Source: Marsupella aquatica (Eukaryota; Plantae; Marchantiophyta). Taken from it: a stretch of DNA of 64,000 nt. A program made the translations under genes and the position numbers. Numbering within the stretch: the first letter of the stretch is position 1; each line of letters begins with the position of its first letter. Of the stretch, positions 24,381 to 37,715 are shown piece by piece. Where the stretch lies: contig OZ316899.1 in assembly GCA_973895155.1 (NCBI GenBank), positions 2,069,573 through 2,133,572 of the forward strand, read 5' to 3'. Under the pieces are notes generated by a model. It had not been told where the DNA came from. It made no database searches and saw only the letters and a list, made by a program, of their open reading frames with translations.

Positions 24381-26177
24381 AGTGGTGGACCTAACCACCC
24401 AGCCCCCTCACCAATCCCAACACTCATGCCTAAGTGCCCCTGGTGCCCGAACGCCTCCACAGAATACCTCGAGCAAGCCCCCTAGTGCCCCTTTGCACCG
24501 CCAGCTACCCCTCGCATACAAAGCCGCACTTGCTCTCCAACACGACCGCTACTCAACGGTCCTCACTGTCTGCACAAGCAACCAAGCACCTCGGTAAGTA
24601 ACCTTTCAGGATCAAGAACTTGCCGAGTCTAGTATCCTAACTCAAGCTCAACAGAAATTGGTAAATAGGTCAGCAATAGGTCCTCCCGATGCCATAAGCC
24701 GGAACCAGAACCCACGCCCACTGTTCGTCTAGAACAACTCCTTCCTTGAGCGCGGCCCGGGTTCCCCCTCGTACCTATCCATCACCAATTCACGGCCCTG
24801 ACCCTAGAACATGCTCATGGCCCAATTAGCGTAGCTTGTTCTAAAGCTTGTCCCAAGCTTGTCCCAACACGCCAGGACCAGAAAGGCCCGGCTCTAGCAA
24901 CCAACTCCCGATTTTCCTCACTGATGGTCTAGGGGCCGAACACTCTTGGAACTCAACCTCCACACCTACTTGGCCTTGCCTCCCCAACGCAAGCTCCCTT
25001 GGGAGATTGAACGCGGCTTGGCTACTGTTTGGCAGGATTTGGCAAGCGGGCAAGTTAACACCCACAAACCCCGACAACCCATGGTGCCCCCAAACCCAAC
25101 TGATCTCAAGAGGGCGTAGCCCTTCTCGAAAGCTTTCTAACGCACCCAAGAAGTCCTCCAACAGACTTCCCGTTGTCGCGTGGACTAAATGCAAGGGTCA
25201 CCTTGGGAAAACAAATTGTTTCTGGTTGCAATCCAGACAAGTGATAGACACGATTCGGGGCCCAAACTCAAACACTTTATTTTCTGAAAATCTTGTGATC
25301 AATACAATGGGTGCCCTTGGGCGGGTCACTCGTGAAAGTCTGATCTCTAACCCTTTGGCGGACTACTATCCATCTTCCATCGAGTTATCGTCCTCTCAAA
25401 GGCTATCAAGTTGAAAAATCCACAAAATCCAATTCCTCAAGTGCTCAAGTTCAGAACTTGGAATCTCTTAGCTCGCATCGCCAACGATCCAACACTCAAG
25501 CTCGCTGGTCTACAATCGGTAGCACTGCAAACCTCAATCCAAATCTCCATAAACGATCGACTCCCCTGGACTGAGCCAAAGCCCAGGCCTCAAATACACC
25601 TCAAAAGCAGCATCCCCGCCCAATGAGTCACCGCCAGGCGGGTTCAGAACTCAAAAGCCAGACTCTTGGTCGCCCGAAGACAAACCAATAGCCCTTCGCA
25701 TTCCAATCACAGCCAACTCCCAACTCCTTAGCTTCCGCATGCCCAAAGCTCATCAGAAATGAAACACCAATCGTCACTCAGAGTTGAGCTCAAAGTCAAA
25801 ACGATTTGACTCCTCAGCACTTGCAGCTCACTGAATACGGAACACCAATCGAGTCTCAGAGTCGAGCTTGAAGTTGAAACAATTCAACTCCAAAGCATTC
25901 GCAGCTCACCAAATACAGAACACCAACCGACTTCCTCATCCTTGGTCTTGGTACCAAAACGGTTCGTCACGACATTGTTGGGAAGATATCGTCGCTTCCA
26001 TTTGGCGGTTTCCCTTAGTGTCGCGACCGCCGCGGCTCACGACTTTGGCTCACCCTTAGCCCCCAGGGAGACACCACTCCCCTCATATATGCTTCTGAAG
26101 ACCTGCCACCCCCAAACCAACTTTGGTCCCTAAACATTTGGCCCCCAACCCAGATCCTATCCTATGTAATGGGCGCG
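24381..26177 (-). mobile_element. Family-A LTR, left pieces (24381-25173 and 25975-26177); remainder at 48673-49153
   Basis: Colinear with intact LTRs once the two insertions are removed. Confidence 0.85.
25174..25974. mobile_element. Solo LTR of a third family (~800 bp)
   Basis: TGTCGCG...CACGACA termini. Inserted in the family-A LTR at GACTTCCCGT|TGGGAAG. The TSD is degenerate (CCGT/TTGT). Confidence 0.7.
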
Positions 26178-27647
26178 AGTGGTGGACCTTGCCACCCAAC
26201 GCCCTCACCAATCCCAACACCCACGCCTAAGTGCTCCTGGTGCCCAAACGCCTCCACAGAATACCTCGAGCAAGCACCCTAGTGCCCCTTGCACCGCCAA
26301 CGGCTCCTCCCATATGAAGCCGCACTTGCTCACCTACACGACCGCTACTCAATGGTCCTCATTGTTTGCACAAGAAACCAAGCACCTCGGTAAGTAACCC
26401 CTCGGGATCTAGAACTTGCCAAGTCTAGCAACCTAACTCAAGCTCAACGGACGTTGGTAAATAGGTCAGGGATAGGTCCTCCCGATGCCATAAGCCGGAA
26501 CCAAAACCCATGCCCACTGTCCGTCCAGGACAGTTCCTTCCTTGGGCGCGGCCCGGGCTCCCCCTAGTACCTATCCATCACCAACTGACCGCCCTGACCC
26601 CAGAACATGCTCATGGCCCAAGTAGCGTAGCTTGTCCCAACACGCCGGGACCAGAACGGCCCCGACTCTAGCAACCAACTCCAGGTTTTCCCCACTGATG
26701 GTCTAGGGGCCGAGCACCCTTGGAACTCAGTTTCCACACCTACTTGGCCTTGCCTCCCCAACGCAAGCTCCCTTGGGAGACTGAACGCGGCTTGGCTGCT
26801 GTTTGGCAGGATTTGGCAAGCGGGCGAGATAACACCCTCAAACCACAAGAATCCACGGTGCCCCCAGACTCAGCTGAGCTCAGGAGGGCGTACCCTTCCT
26901 CAAGAGTTTTCCAACGCACCCAAGAAGTCCCCCAACGGACTTCCCGTTAGGAAGTTATCGCCATTTCCGTTTGGCGGTTTCCCTTAGTGTCGCGACCACC
27001 GCGGCTCACGACTTCGGCTCGTCCTTAGCCCCCAGGGAGACACCACTTCCCTCATATATGCTTCTGGAGACCTCTCACCCCCAGACCATCTTTGGTCCCT
27101 AAACATTTGGCCCCAAACCCGGATCCTATCGTGCATAATGGGCGCGCCACCAACTGGCAACGCCCATAACTTTCTCGTTAGGCATTCGCAAGCGGAGTGC
27201 CTTAGCCCGTTGTGATCGGGCCAACCCAGTGCTCATGCCTATGCCCTCAGGTCTCATCGCTGCTTGGGGCCGCCAAACAGCCCAACCCGGATCGGGCCAT
27301 AACTTGCGCCCCAAACGTCCGTTGCCCATGGCGTCAACTCCATTGGCCTTGGGCCCAAAAGGAGCTCACACTCAAGCCCTTAGAACTCAAAGTCCATCCA
27401 GAGGTCCGCATGGCCATCCTTGAGCCCGGCCCATTTCCCCTTGACCCGACCAGCTATCAGCTAGTCCAAGTCCTTGGTGTGTCCCCAGCTTGGCTCCTTG
27501 CCTCGCTAGTGCCACGTCTCATTGTCCACAAGTCTCCCCATGCTAAGTCCTCCCCGGATGGCCTATCCGGGCCTGGACCATAAGGGAGCTCGGTGTCGGA
27601 GTCAGCAATGCTGGAGCTAAGTGTTAAGGTAGTCGAGTTCCCCGACT

Positions 27648-27662
27648 TGCACCCCCCCTTAA
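27648..27662 (-). promoter_or_regulatory. Polypurine tract
   Basis: AAGGGGGGGTGCA immediately before the 3' LTR start AGTCGGGG. Confidence 0.8.
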
Positions 27663-28085
27663 AAATGGTCACGTCCGCGTGACCTCAGTAAACGTTCTAA
27701 CACGCCTAGACCACTTTGGGCCTTAAAATTTTTATGAGGTATCAAATGGTTTGCCCATAAGGCTGATGCAAACTAGGTTGGTATGCGCATTCCAGACTTA
27801 GGAAATTCCAACCTATCCCACTTATCCAAGTAGGATGCCAGTCCAAACGAGTAAGCTAACTCCAAACTCGTCGGACCCCTTGTCCTCCCCTTGGGGCACT
27901 TCCCTTTGGTTTGAACTAGCCCGCCCACAGATGTAAGGCGGGCACCATCAGCTTCCACTCGCAAAAAGCAAATCAGCCGCCCAACAACCTCTAGCACCAA
28001 CGCAATCTGACTTTATCCTTAAGAGGCCGAGAGGAGTGAAACTAGGATACAACTCACAAAGGTAGCTACAGTTGCCTATACCAGT

Positions 28086-28346
28086 TCACAACGGCGGTAG
28101 GCCGCTTTGCTTACGATAGCTTCCAAGGATCTCTGATGCATTACCCAAATTTTCTTTCGGTTCCCAAGTACTCTCGGCCTGGTCATAGCCCGCCCACTTC
28201 ACCAAATACTCCAAGATTTGCCTTCCCAATTTGCGTTTGTAACGGTGGTCCAGAATTGCCTCCACCTCAAACTCCTCAGCGTCCTCCACCACCATGGTGT
28301 CCGGACGCAAGACCTGATCCCGGTTGGGATCATCGTCTTTGACAAA
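28086..28346 (-). pseudogene. Integrase C-terminal chromodomain
   Basis: EFEVEAILDHR...EYLVKWAGYDQAESTWEPKENL. It rejoins ...HVSRLKKFVK in frame when the MULE is removed. Confidence 0.9.
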
Positions 28347-28399
28347 GGGGAGAGGTAATCCATCAGTTATCAGTCATTGATATCAGTCACCCCCCTTTT

Positions 28400-28880
28400 T
28401 TTTCTCTAATCTCGGAGACCTCTCCGAGATGGCGACAGTTTTTTTTGGCAATCTCAGAGAGCTCTTCGAGATCCCTACCATTTTTTTGGCCATCTCGGAG
28501 AGGTCTCCGAGATGGCAACAATTGTTTTTGGCAATCTCGGAGAGGCTCTCCGAGATCCCAACACACTTCCAGGAGTATGTTGGAGACATGGTAGTTTGTT
28601 TGCTCACCATGTCAGAGAGCCTCTCCGACATACCAAGTCACTCCATTGCCATCTCGGAGAGCCTCTTCGAGATACCAAGTCTTTTTGTTGACCATCTCGG
28701 AGAGCCTCTCCGAGATACCAAGTCTTTTTGTTGACCATCTCGGAGAGCCTCTCCGAGATACCAAGTCACTTTGCAAACCATCTCGGAGTGCCTCTCCGAG
28801 ATACCAAGTCACTTTGCAGACCATCATTGACTTTCCCATTCCATTTCTAAGACCATCTCAAAGAGCCTCTCCGACATACA
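28400..28880. repeat. Left subterminal array of the palindrome TCTCGGAGAG(C/G)CTCTCCGAGA
   Basis: About 10 copies counted by eye. Confidence 0.9.
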
Positions 28881-29003
28881 AATACAAAAAATTTGCAAGT
28901 GATACACATCACATTCACTTTTCATATATATTATAATGTGTACACAGCAACACTTCATCATTGCTACCTTCTCTAAAGCTAACCCCTGTTGGCCACTACT
29001 TTA

Positions 29004-29627
29004 TTATGTTATCTGATATGTGCACAGGTCATAAATAATCTTCTTTCGCAAGTTTCCTACCTGGCTGCCATCAAAATCCATAGGAGCATCTCGACTTATG
29101 CACTCTGCATAGTTAAGGATAAATACCCCACAATTTACACTATCTTCTTGTGATGGAAGGCCTGACACTAAAGTTCTAGGCCAGTTGTTTGCATCTGGTG
29201 AGGGCATGCCTCTTTGACTTGCTTCATCCTCGACATACCTTGTTAGAGTATACATGAGATACTCATTTCGAGCCTCCCAAAAGTTTCCTGATTTCTCCCA
29301 AAGCGAATCTAGGAACAACACCTCTTTTCCAGTTAAATCAATCACTGCCAACACCCAATGCTCCCTGTTTGCCTGGTGGATAGGGACCAATATCCTGTCA
29401 TAATCAAATATGTTTTTTGTTTTGGTCCATCGAGCAACATTGGCAAAACAGTATACGGGCGTTGAGAGCAACGTGTAGAATGTTGTGATGAAAAATGCAC
29501 ACTTTGGATAGCCTCTTGATCTCCCCCTAAACTGCAACAAGGCCAAGTATGCATCGATGATATCTGAATGTAGCCATTGAGCTCCTGTTCTTCCTTCAGA
29601 CAAGCATCTCATTGACGCCCTGGTCAA
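29004..29627 (-). CDS. Ulp1-like SUMO protease (peptidase C48) domain
   Basis: WLHSDIIDAYL, FFITTFY, ILVPIH...HWVLAVID, LFLDSL, PSQEDSVNCGVF. The His-Asp-Cys triad and oxyanion Gln are intact. Confidence 0.92.
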   Translation of the reverse strand: MTRASMRCLSEGRTGAQWLHSDIIDAYLALLQFRGRSRGYPKCAFFITTFYTLLSTPVYCFANVARWTKTKNIFDYDRILVPIHQANREHWVLAVIDLTGKEVLFLDSLWEKSGNFWEARNEYLMYTLTRYVEDEASQRGMPSPDANNWPRTLVSGLPSQEDSVNCGVFILNYAECISRDAPMDFDGSQVGNLRKKIIYDLCTYQIT

Positions 29628-30859
29628 CTTGTAATCTACAAAGTTGAATAGTACTTCCTCGTCTGGGAGCTCTATGGATAGACATGTGGATACTATGTCG
29701 GAAAAGTCTTGAGAGCAGACTACTTTAGCAAATAACCCAGGTATCTGGGTATTCCCACCACGTGCTGCATAGGATTGAACAGCATGGCATTAGGCATCAT
29801 CTTCATCTGAGCTATAGGTCACAAAAGAAGGGTGAGCTATCTTATCACTATCACTGCTGACACTCTCACTTTCATTGTAGTCTACCTCTACTGCTCTATC
29901 ATCTACAAATCTTGATTTTCGCCTCTTTGTGTACTTCTCAGCTACACCCTTGAGCCGTTTGAAGGGGCGTGAATCAACAATCCCTTCTGCGTAAGTTGGA
30001 AGGCAAAATCTTTCTGGAGAGAAAGTTTTTGATGCTTCCTCCCATGCTTCACGGACTTTGTCCTTGTCCGATGTGTGCCATTGTTCGGACTCGATGTTCC
30101 TGTAGTGAACTGCCTATTGGTTAAGTAGACAGTTTAAGGTAATACCATAATAATGTGGAACTTCACATTTTTATTTATCCTCACCATGGCACAATGTAAA
30201 TTGCAAACTAACAACAAATGGGTTCTTGGATTCAACGTTTACTCACAATCCTGAGCATTCCCACCCTTGCCTTCTGCGGCATCCTCTCTGAATCAGACTC
30301 AAGGACAAGCTTCTTCCGCCCTTCAGGCTTCTTAGTCTCCTTGGCCTCCTCCTTCTTACTCTCCTTGGCCTCCGCCTTGGTCTGATTGCCCTGCTGTGTT
30401 GAAAGGAGTTTTGACACCACCGAAGCTGCTGACTCACCAAAGTAGTCATGCGCTTCCATCCCAAATACTAGTCGCCCACAATTATTGGCAGCTTTGTAGA
30501 TAGCACCAAAGTGGACATTCCAAGAAAATATGATATCGTTGGGACTGGTGATGTGCTCTATGATGCATTGCAAGGTTGCAGGCGATAAGGTTCCGGCCAA
30601 TTCGTCTCTCACTGCATCATCTTCCTTTGTAAAATTGGATAGAGCATTGCTCTTTCCTGGGCACAAATCACCAGTAATTGGCTTCATATGTACCTTTGGG
30701 AGGGTCACCTCTATACCCTTCATGGCGAATATATCCAAATGCAGATATTGAGCCTGTCACATCATGTAAAATAGATTCGCACTTGTTAGCAACACTGGCA
30801 ACACTAATTGCTAAACTAATCCGACATCGGTCCTACCTCTCTAAACCCTAAAAATCCTA

Positions 30860-31610
30860 CCTATCTCAGAGAGGCTCTCCGAGATCCATGCTACCTATCT
30901 CAGATAGGCTCTCCGAGATCCTACCTATCTCAGAGAGGCTCTCCTAGATCCATGCTACCTATCTCAGAGAGGCTCTCCGAGATGGATCCTACCTATCTCA
31001 GAGAGGCTCTCTGAGATCCATGCTACCTATCTCAGAGAGGCTCTCCGAGATGGATCCTACCTATCTCAGAGGCTCTCCAAGATCCATGCTACCTAACTCA
31101 GAGAGGCTCTCCGAGATCCATGCTACCTAACTCAGAGAGGCTCTCCGAGATCCATGCTACCTAACTCAGAGAGGCTCTCCGAGATGGATCCTACCTATCT
31201 CAGAGAGGCTCTTCGAGATCCATGCTACCTAACTCAGAGAGGCTCTCCGAGATGGATCCTACCTATCTTAGAGAGCCTCTCCGAGATGGATCCTACCTAT
31301 CTCAGAGAGGCTCTCCGAGATCCATGCTACCTATCTCAGAGAGGCTCTCCGAGATCCTACCTATCTCAGAGAGGCTCTCCTAGATCCATGCTACCTATCT
31401 CAGAGAGGCTCTCCGAGATGGATCCTACCTATCTCAGAGAGGCTCTCCGAGATCCATGCTACCTATCTCAGAGAGGCTCTCCGAGATGGATCCTACCTAT
31501 CTGAGAGAGCCTCTCCGAGATCAATGTTACCCATAAGGGAGAGGGTGTCCGATATCGTAATTGCGGACACATTTTTCAACTATCTCGGAGAGCCTCTCCG
31601 AGATGACTTC
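30860..31610. repeat. Intronic tandem array (~32-33-bp unit) around the same palindrome
   Basis: About 20 copies of CTACCTATCTCAGAGAGGCTCTCCGAGAT(CCATG/GGATC). Confidence 0.92.
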
Positions 31611-33979
31611 TATTGAAATGCCAAAATTGAAGTGAACTTACAGCTTTTTTGCTTGACGCCATGTAGCAAGGTGTGTCATTCCAAATGGTGAATGAGTCAA
31701 TGTGATCCAACTTCTCAGCCCAGTCAATGTGAAGGTACTCAAAGATTGAGCCTGTGTGGGCAAATGAACCACTGTGCACAATGCACAGGAAACCGTCGTT
31801 TGTGAGTAGAGAGTCTGCCAATGTCATCGCCACTTCTAGGTCACTGAGCCGAAATCTATTCCACACCGGAACATTATTTTCAGCCTGCGCTATGCGATAA
31901 TCTGTCCCTAGCTGAACAAAGATCATATCACAACCATGGCCCTTAGGTACACCATCAACTATCCAACCTTGTTTTCGCAAGCCAGCCAACTTCAATTTCT
32001 TACACCAGTCCCGGAATTCCCTCATGAATGGAGGGAGAGGCAACTTTCCCGTGGTTGGCTGATATTTGTCCTTCAGCCAAGAAGAACACTCTAGTAAGGT
32101 CATATGCTCTTTTGCATGGCAAAATCGCAGGGCAGATGTAATAGCATGAGAGGGCCGAGGTACTCCAAGAATTTCGCAAAGATCATCCTCCGGAATTTCT
32201 GGGGCTTCTGTTGAAACTGGCTTCTTTGTGGGTTCGTCTATCCTCTTGTCGGCTTTCTTCTTTGGCCGACTGGTTGGCTTACCAGAGATTTGTGGTTTGG
32301 TTGGGGTCCACTCGGGGTCCCGCTTGGGGTTGAAAGGTCAGGCTCCTCCTCCTCCTCATGGCCCTTTGCATTGTCCTCGGTGGCCATCCCATCCTCCTCT
32401 CCATTGTCCCCACTCACCGCTTTCTCATCCTCCTCTCCATTGTCCCCGGTCTTTCTTGGCTCCATCTTCTCATCCATCGGACGACGTTTGCTTGAGGTAG
32501 ACCCTGGGGTTCCAAACTTTTCCTTACTTTTTTCTGCAGAACAAAGTAAGGAGTTTAGTTATCATTTTACAATGATACTATCTCGGAGAGGCTCTCAAAC
32601 ATATGCCAGATGTACAATGCAAGCTAGGGTGTAAACCTTACCAGGAGTGCCTTGTTCTGAGGTGGTGTCTTCTGATTCCTTTTCTTTCTTCCCCCGAACC
32701 TTCTTCCCATCATACTCTGGCTCTCCAAGAGGCAAAATGGCCTCCAAGTCCAATGCAGCCTTTGTCGACAGCTCAAGATCTCCCAACTTTGAAGGTGCAA
32801 AAAGGTTGTCTGGTAGTTTCCCCTCCTTTAGGAGGTTGGCAGCTTCCTTCTCTTCGGGCGTAATGAACTCATTCCAATCATTGAACTCCATGAACCATGG
32901 ACAATTTTGTCTCTCCCAGTCTGAAAAGACTCTTGCTGCTGGCTTCAGCCCATCTGTTGGATACATTGACAGCGGGCCTTTCTCCGTCATCCATGCAGTC
33001 AGAGCACTTGGTAACACTTTGAAAGTAGAGGCTCCAATGCTCTCCTGATGAAGTAAATATCTGACCACACACCTCTTTGCACGCTTCATCCACACATCTT
33101 TGCTTTGCTTTGCTGGATTCCACATCTTCTTGCCCTCCTCATAGGACCGAGTCTGTACAAATTGCTTGTACATCTTGTTGTGAAACTCAACAAACTCGTC
33201 TTTGCTTCCATTGAAGTTCTGCCACTCACCAGAATCATATGCACTCTCGGCAAACTCTGACATTATCAAACTGCCAACATGGGCAATGTAACACCACATT
33301 GACCACACTAGCAACCAAGCTCTCACTGCTGAATCACCATATACATCTGGATGGTGGTGTCGCTTCTTCTCCTCCGCGGTTGAGAAATGAACGCGGAGTA
33401 ACTTGTTTTGACACTCAGCAGGCATCACCGCACTTGCAAACAATTTAACTCGATCCAACCCCACTTGCACTTGTGGCCGATCTTTTTGTTTACTCTGCAA
33501 CTGGTGCAGCTCCTCGGCAATCTCCAGAAACTCCTCTCCATTTGCTGGATTGACAATCTGAGTAAACTTCTGCATTTTGCCCTCCCAAGACCTACAAGCT
33601 TCACTCGTCATGAGTGCGGTTTCCTTTTGGAACTTATCCAAACTCCAGGCATGGTCAATTGCAGCATCGGCTGCCATCTCCTTCGCAAGACGAATCCTCC
33701 CGTCTTCAATATTATTCCACGACATGATGTACACAGCAACATCCTTTGTCATGCACTTGCTATACCATGTCTTTCCATGCCCATGGCTTCTTGCTGCTAA
33801 GAATCTAGCATAACCATCCGGATGAAGCAATGTCTGATACTCCTCCAAAGGTGTCATCAACAGCTTCTTCACCCTGTCTGCATCGGTCAACCAAGATGTC
33901 TGCACAACGTTTGCGCTTATCCTGCATAAAGAAGCGACAAATGTTGGCGTCAAAGGCTTCATACCTGAAAATTACATCT

Positions 33980-34185
33980 CTCTTGGAGATGCTCTCTGAG
34001 AAGGCATGGACATCTCGGAGAGGCTCTCTGAGAAGGCATCGCTCTCCAAGAAGGCATTGATATCTCGGAGAGGCTCTCCGAGAAGGGAAGGTTTATCTCA
34101 GAGAGCCTCTCCGAGATAGCATTTTGAGAGCCAAACATTGTATGTGTGTATGTATCTATCTCGGAGAGGCTCTCCGAGATAGGAT
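33980..34185. repeat. Intronic cluster of the same palindrome
   Basis: About 5-6 copies inside predicted intron 1. Confidence 0.85.
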
Positions 34186-34959
34186 TGCCTATGTGGGTGC
34201 AAAAAAACAACACCTGCAAGAACAACCAAAAACCAAGGGGGCGGAAACTTACGCGTTGAGGCCGTGCATTGCCTGCTCAATCTTCCTAAATCCTTGTTTT
34301 CCAGGCTGTAGAAGAGAGAATCTCACGCAAGGGTGGTACTTCTGCTCGTCAGGATACTCTTCAGCCACTTGTCTCCATGCATTCAGGCGATGATTTCCAT
34401 CAAACACCCAAAACATCTTACCCTTCAAAACGTGAAACTCCTCGTACTCATCACACTCCATCTCAAATTTTGCGTTAGCTTGTTCCCATAGAGGGTCCCA
34501 ATCCGCGGAAAATTCAGACATGGAGTGGGTGGCGTTATGCGCATTGGTCTCTGATATGTGGAATTCCAAAAACTTGTCCACATACCCATTCTTCACGAAG
34601 TCCTTCTTCATCTTCAGAATGGAGCTCTGTTGGAGAGTCCGAACTGCCTCCATTGTCATCAAACGACATAGTGGAATCCGAGGTGGCTCTCTGGGCTTCC
34701 CACTTGGTTCAGCTCCAAATGAAAGCAAGTACTCCCCAACAATCCCTTCGAATGCACCTTTGTTCAGACGTTCAGCAGACACATTTTCAAAGTTCAGAAC
34801 CTTCGGCTCCAGCTTCTTCACTGTGTGAGTTTCCCGACCACTGGCGGTGCTCTCTGCTGTCTTTGATCTGGTCTGCCAACCAGACGATGAAGGAGAGGGA
34901 GTGGGTTGCTTCCTCTTCCCTGTCATTTTCAAATCTCACCAACTACTGAATTGCACGAG

Positions 34960-35520
34960 CGCAACTTGCACAACACTTGCACCACCCACAGCTCAGTCGC
35001 AGCAAGCTCAATCACACCGCTTGCACAGCACTCGCACTCGCACCGCCATAGCTCACCGCACTCAATCGCACCGCTTCTAGCACTCGCACCGCCACAGCTC
35101 AGTCGCAGCAAGCTCAATCACTGGCAGTGGCACAACACTCAATCGCACCGCTCGCACAGCACTCGCACTCGACCGCCACAGCTCACCGCACTCAATCGCA
35201 CCGCTTCCAGCACTCGCACCGCCACAGCTCAATCGCAGCAAGCTCAATCACTGGCAGTGGCACAACACTCAATCGCACCGCTCGCACAACACTCGCACTC
35301 GACCGCCACAACTCACCGCACTCAATCGCACCGCTTCCAGCACTCGCACCACCATAACTCACTCGCAGCAAGCTCAATCGCACCACTTGCACAGCACTCA
35401 ATCGCACCGCACAACTACTCACACTCACAATCGCACTCAATCGCACCGCACTCACAATCGCACTGCTTCCAGCACTCGCACCACCACAGCTCACAGCACA
35501 CAGCTCATAGCACATAGAGC
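34960..35520. repeat. C/A-rich short-unit tandem repeat upstream of the ParB-like gene
   Basis: Reiterated CACTCGCAC / CAATCGCACCGC / CACAGCTC units. Confidence 0.85.
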
Positions 35521-36099
35521 GCGGAGAGGGAAAGATCACAAAGCAACTTACGCTCTCCAAGAAATATGAGGTAAATTGCATCCGCACTCGCACTCGCTTG
35601 GCCTCAATTGCTCGCCTTTCAAATGAGGAAAGGCGAGAGATGGCGGGGACTCACCAAAGTAGTCATCATCATTATTAGGCAACGGAAGATCTAGGGGGAT
35701 CACAACTGACTTCACTATCGCCGTCACGCAGGTTGAGTCCCATCCAAGCAACGGGAGATCTATGGGACCACTCATTGATTACAAGTGGTAGGGGCCACGG
35801 GAGGAAGTTGACATGTTAGCAGTTTATTGGCTTATATGTTGTCGTACTCTGATAATGATGAATGCCTAGATTTGACTCATGTCAGAGTCGCAACACTGAA
35901 GTACCTATACAGATGCTTTCATTATTACTACCCCTTCATGCCATAATGTCCTTGGTACGATTGATTCCAGACCAGATAAGATTTCCTATCATTCCTTGGT
36001 ATTAATGAGTGCGATCGTTGAATGACTGGATTTAATTCCAAAAAATATTCAGTACTTGCACGACATGTCAGGCCAGTCTCAAGTTCCAGATTGTCTCCG

Positions 36100-37180
36100 A
36101 GATATGTCACGCCCCCATGTCAGATAAGCTCTCCACTCTGACATGTAAAGTGGGGACTTAAGTCGGAGAGGCTCTCCGAGATGACATGTAAAGTGGGGAC
36201 CTAAGTCGGAGAGGCTCTCCAAGATGACATGTAAAGTGGGGACGTAAGTCGGAGAGGCTCTCCGAGTTGACATGTAAAGTGGGGACGTAAGTCGGAGAGG
36301 CTCTCTGAGATGACATGTAAAGTGGGGACGTAAGTTGGAGAGGCTCTCCGAGTTAACATGTAAAGTGGGGACGTAAGTCGGAGAGGCTCTCCGAGTTGAC
36401 ATGTAAAGTGGGGACGTAAGTCGGAGAGGCTCTCCGAGATGACATGTAAAGTGGGGACGTAAGTCGGAGAGGCTCTCCAAGTTGACATGTAAAGTGGGGA
36501 CGTAAGTCGGAGAGGCTCTTCGAGATGACATGTCATGGAGGACCCATGTCAGAGCCTCTCCAAAATTGAATATTACACAAGATCAGACCTTGGAGAGGCT
36601 CTCCAAGATGACATATCAGGTTGGTGATAACTTTGGAGAGCCTCTCTGACAAATATTGGGCCTAATCCTTGCTACACACCTGAAGATGGCATCTCGGAGA
36701 GCCTCTCCAACATCCCTAAACCCTTCATACCTGCGCAAGGTGGTATCTCGGAGAGCCTCTCCAACATGGGTCAAGGCTACATACCTCCGCAAGATGGCAT
36801 GTCGGAGAGCCTCTCCAAGATGAAACTTGGTGAGATCCGGTGCAAGATCTAATCTTGGAGAGCCTCTCCAAGATGGGTCGAGGCCTCATACCTGCGCAAG
36901 ATGGTATGTCGGAGAGCCTCTCCAACATGGGTCAAGGCTACATACCTCCGCAAGATGGCATGTCGGAGAGCCTCTCCAAGATGAAACTTGGTGAGATCCG
37001 GTGCAAGATCTAATCTCGGAGAGCCTCTCCAAGATGGGTCAAGGCCTCATACCTGCGCAAGATGGTATGTCGGAGAGCCTCTCCAAGATGAAACTTGGTG
37101 AGATCCGGTGCAAGATCTAATCTCGGAGAGCCTCTCTAACATGGGTCGAGGCTTCCAGATGGCATCTGAGAGAGCCTAAT
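36100..37180. repeat. Intergenic palindrome arrays (~40-bp unit, then ~41/61-bp units)
   Basis: GACATGTAAAGTGGGGACGTAAGTCGGAGAGGCTCTCCGA about 10 times, followed by GTCGGAGAGCCTCTCCAAGATG-type units. Confidence 0.9.
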
Positions 37181-37244
37181 GGACACCCTAAACTTGCTGT
37201 CAAAGGTTCTTGGATGTTGGTCCAATAAACTTAGTCACTGTCAA

Positions 37245-37715
37245 TAACAGTTTTCACGCTCACAAGGGTACGTTGTCAAGAAGGATTCTTACATATTCAA
37301 CGAGGGAAGAATATTGTAACAATTTTTACGCTCAGTCTGGGCGATAAGGTACTATGACAAAACAATCTTGACATATTCAACAAAGAAAGAAGCAAGTCTA
37401 ACAATTTTTATGCTCTATCTAGGCGGTAAGGTACTCTGACAAAACAATCTTGACATTCAACAAAGAAAGAAGCGAGTGTAACAGGTTTTACGCTCGGTCT
37501 GGGCGATACGGTACTCTGACAAAACAATCTTCACATATTCAACAAAGAAAGAAGCGAGTGTAACAGTTTTTACGCTCTATCTGGGTGGTAAGGTACTCTG
37601 ACAAAACAATCATAACATATTCAGAAAGAAAGAAGCGACTCTAACAGTTTTTACGCTTTGTCTGGGCGATAAGGTACTCTAACAAAACAAAGTCATAAGA
37701 ATCAATAACAGTTTT
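37245..37715. repeat. ~81-bp AT-rich tandem repeat (~6 copies) upstream of the transposase
   Basis: TAACAGTTTTTACGCTC..TCTGGGCGATAAGGTACTCTGACAAAACAATC..ACATATTCAACAAAGAAAGAAGCG. Confidence 0.88.

Larger units (their letters stand above)
29004..34926 (-). pseudogene. Five-exon MULE cargo gene: ParB/Srx-like domain, helical region, acidic linker, degenerate beta-class N6/N4 methyltransferase-like domain, Ulp1/C48 protease (~1490 aa; one 1-nt deletion and one TAA)
   Basis: Exons 34926-34253, 33921-32642, 32533-31642, 30753-30247 and 30113-29004, joined by phase-compatible GT-AG introns. Motifs: FWVFDGNHRL; CDMIFVQLGT..LLTNDGFLCI; IIEHITSPNDIIF...AANNCGRLVFGME; EHW, LDSL, QEDSVNCG. Confidence 0.75.

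Noticed and set aside
29004-34932. Bacterial contaminant or plasmid/phage ParB-methyltransferase locus
   Set aside because: It has spliceosomal introns, a Ulp1 fusion, and lies within TSD-bounded nested plant-type transposons.
34906-35569. His/Ser-rich ORFs
   Set aside because: These are translations of the C/A-rich tandem repeat.
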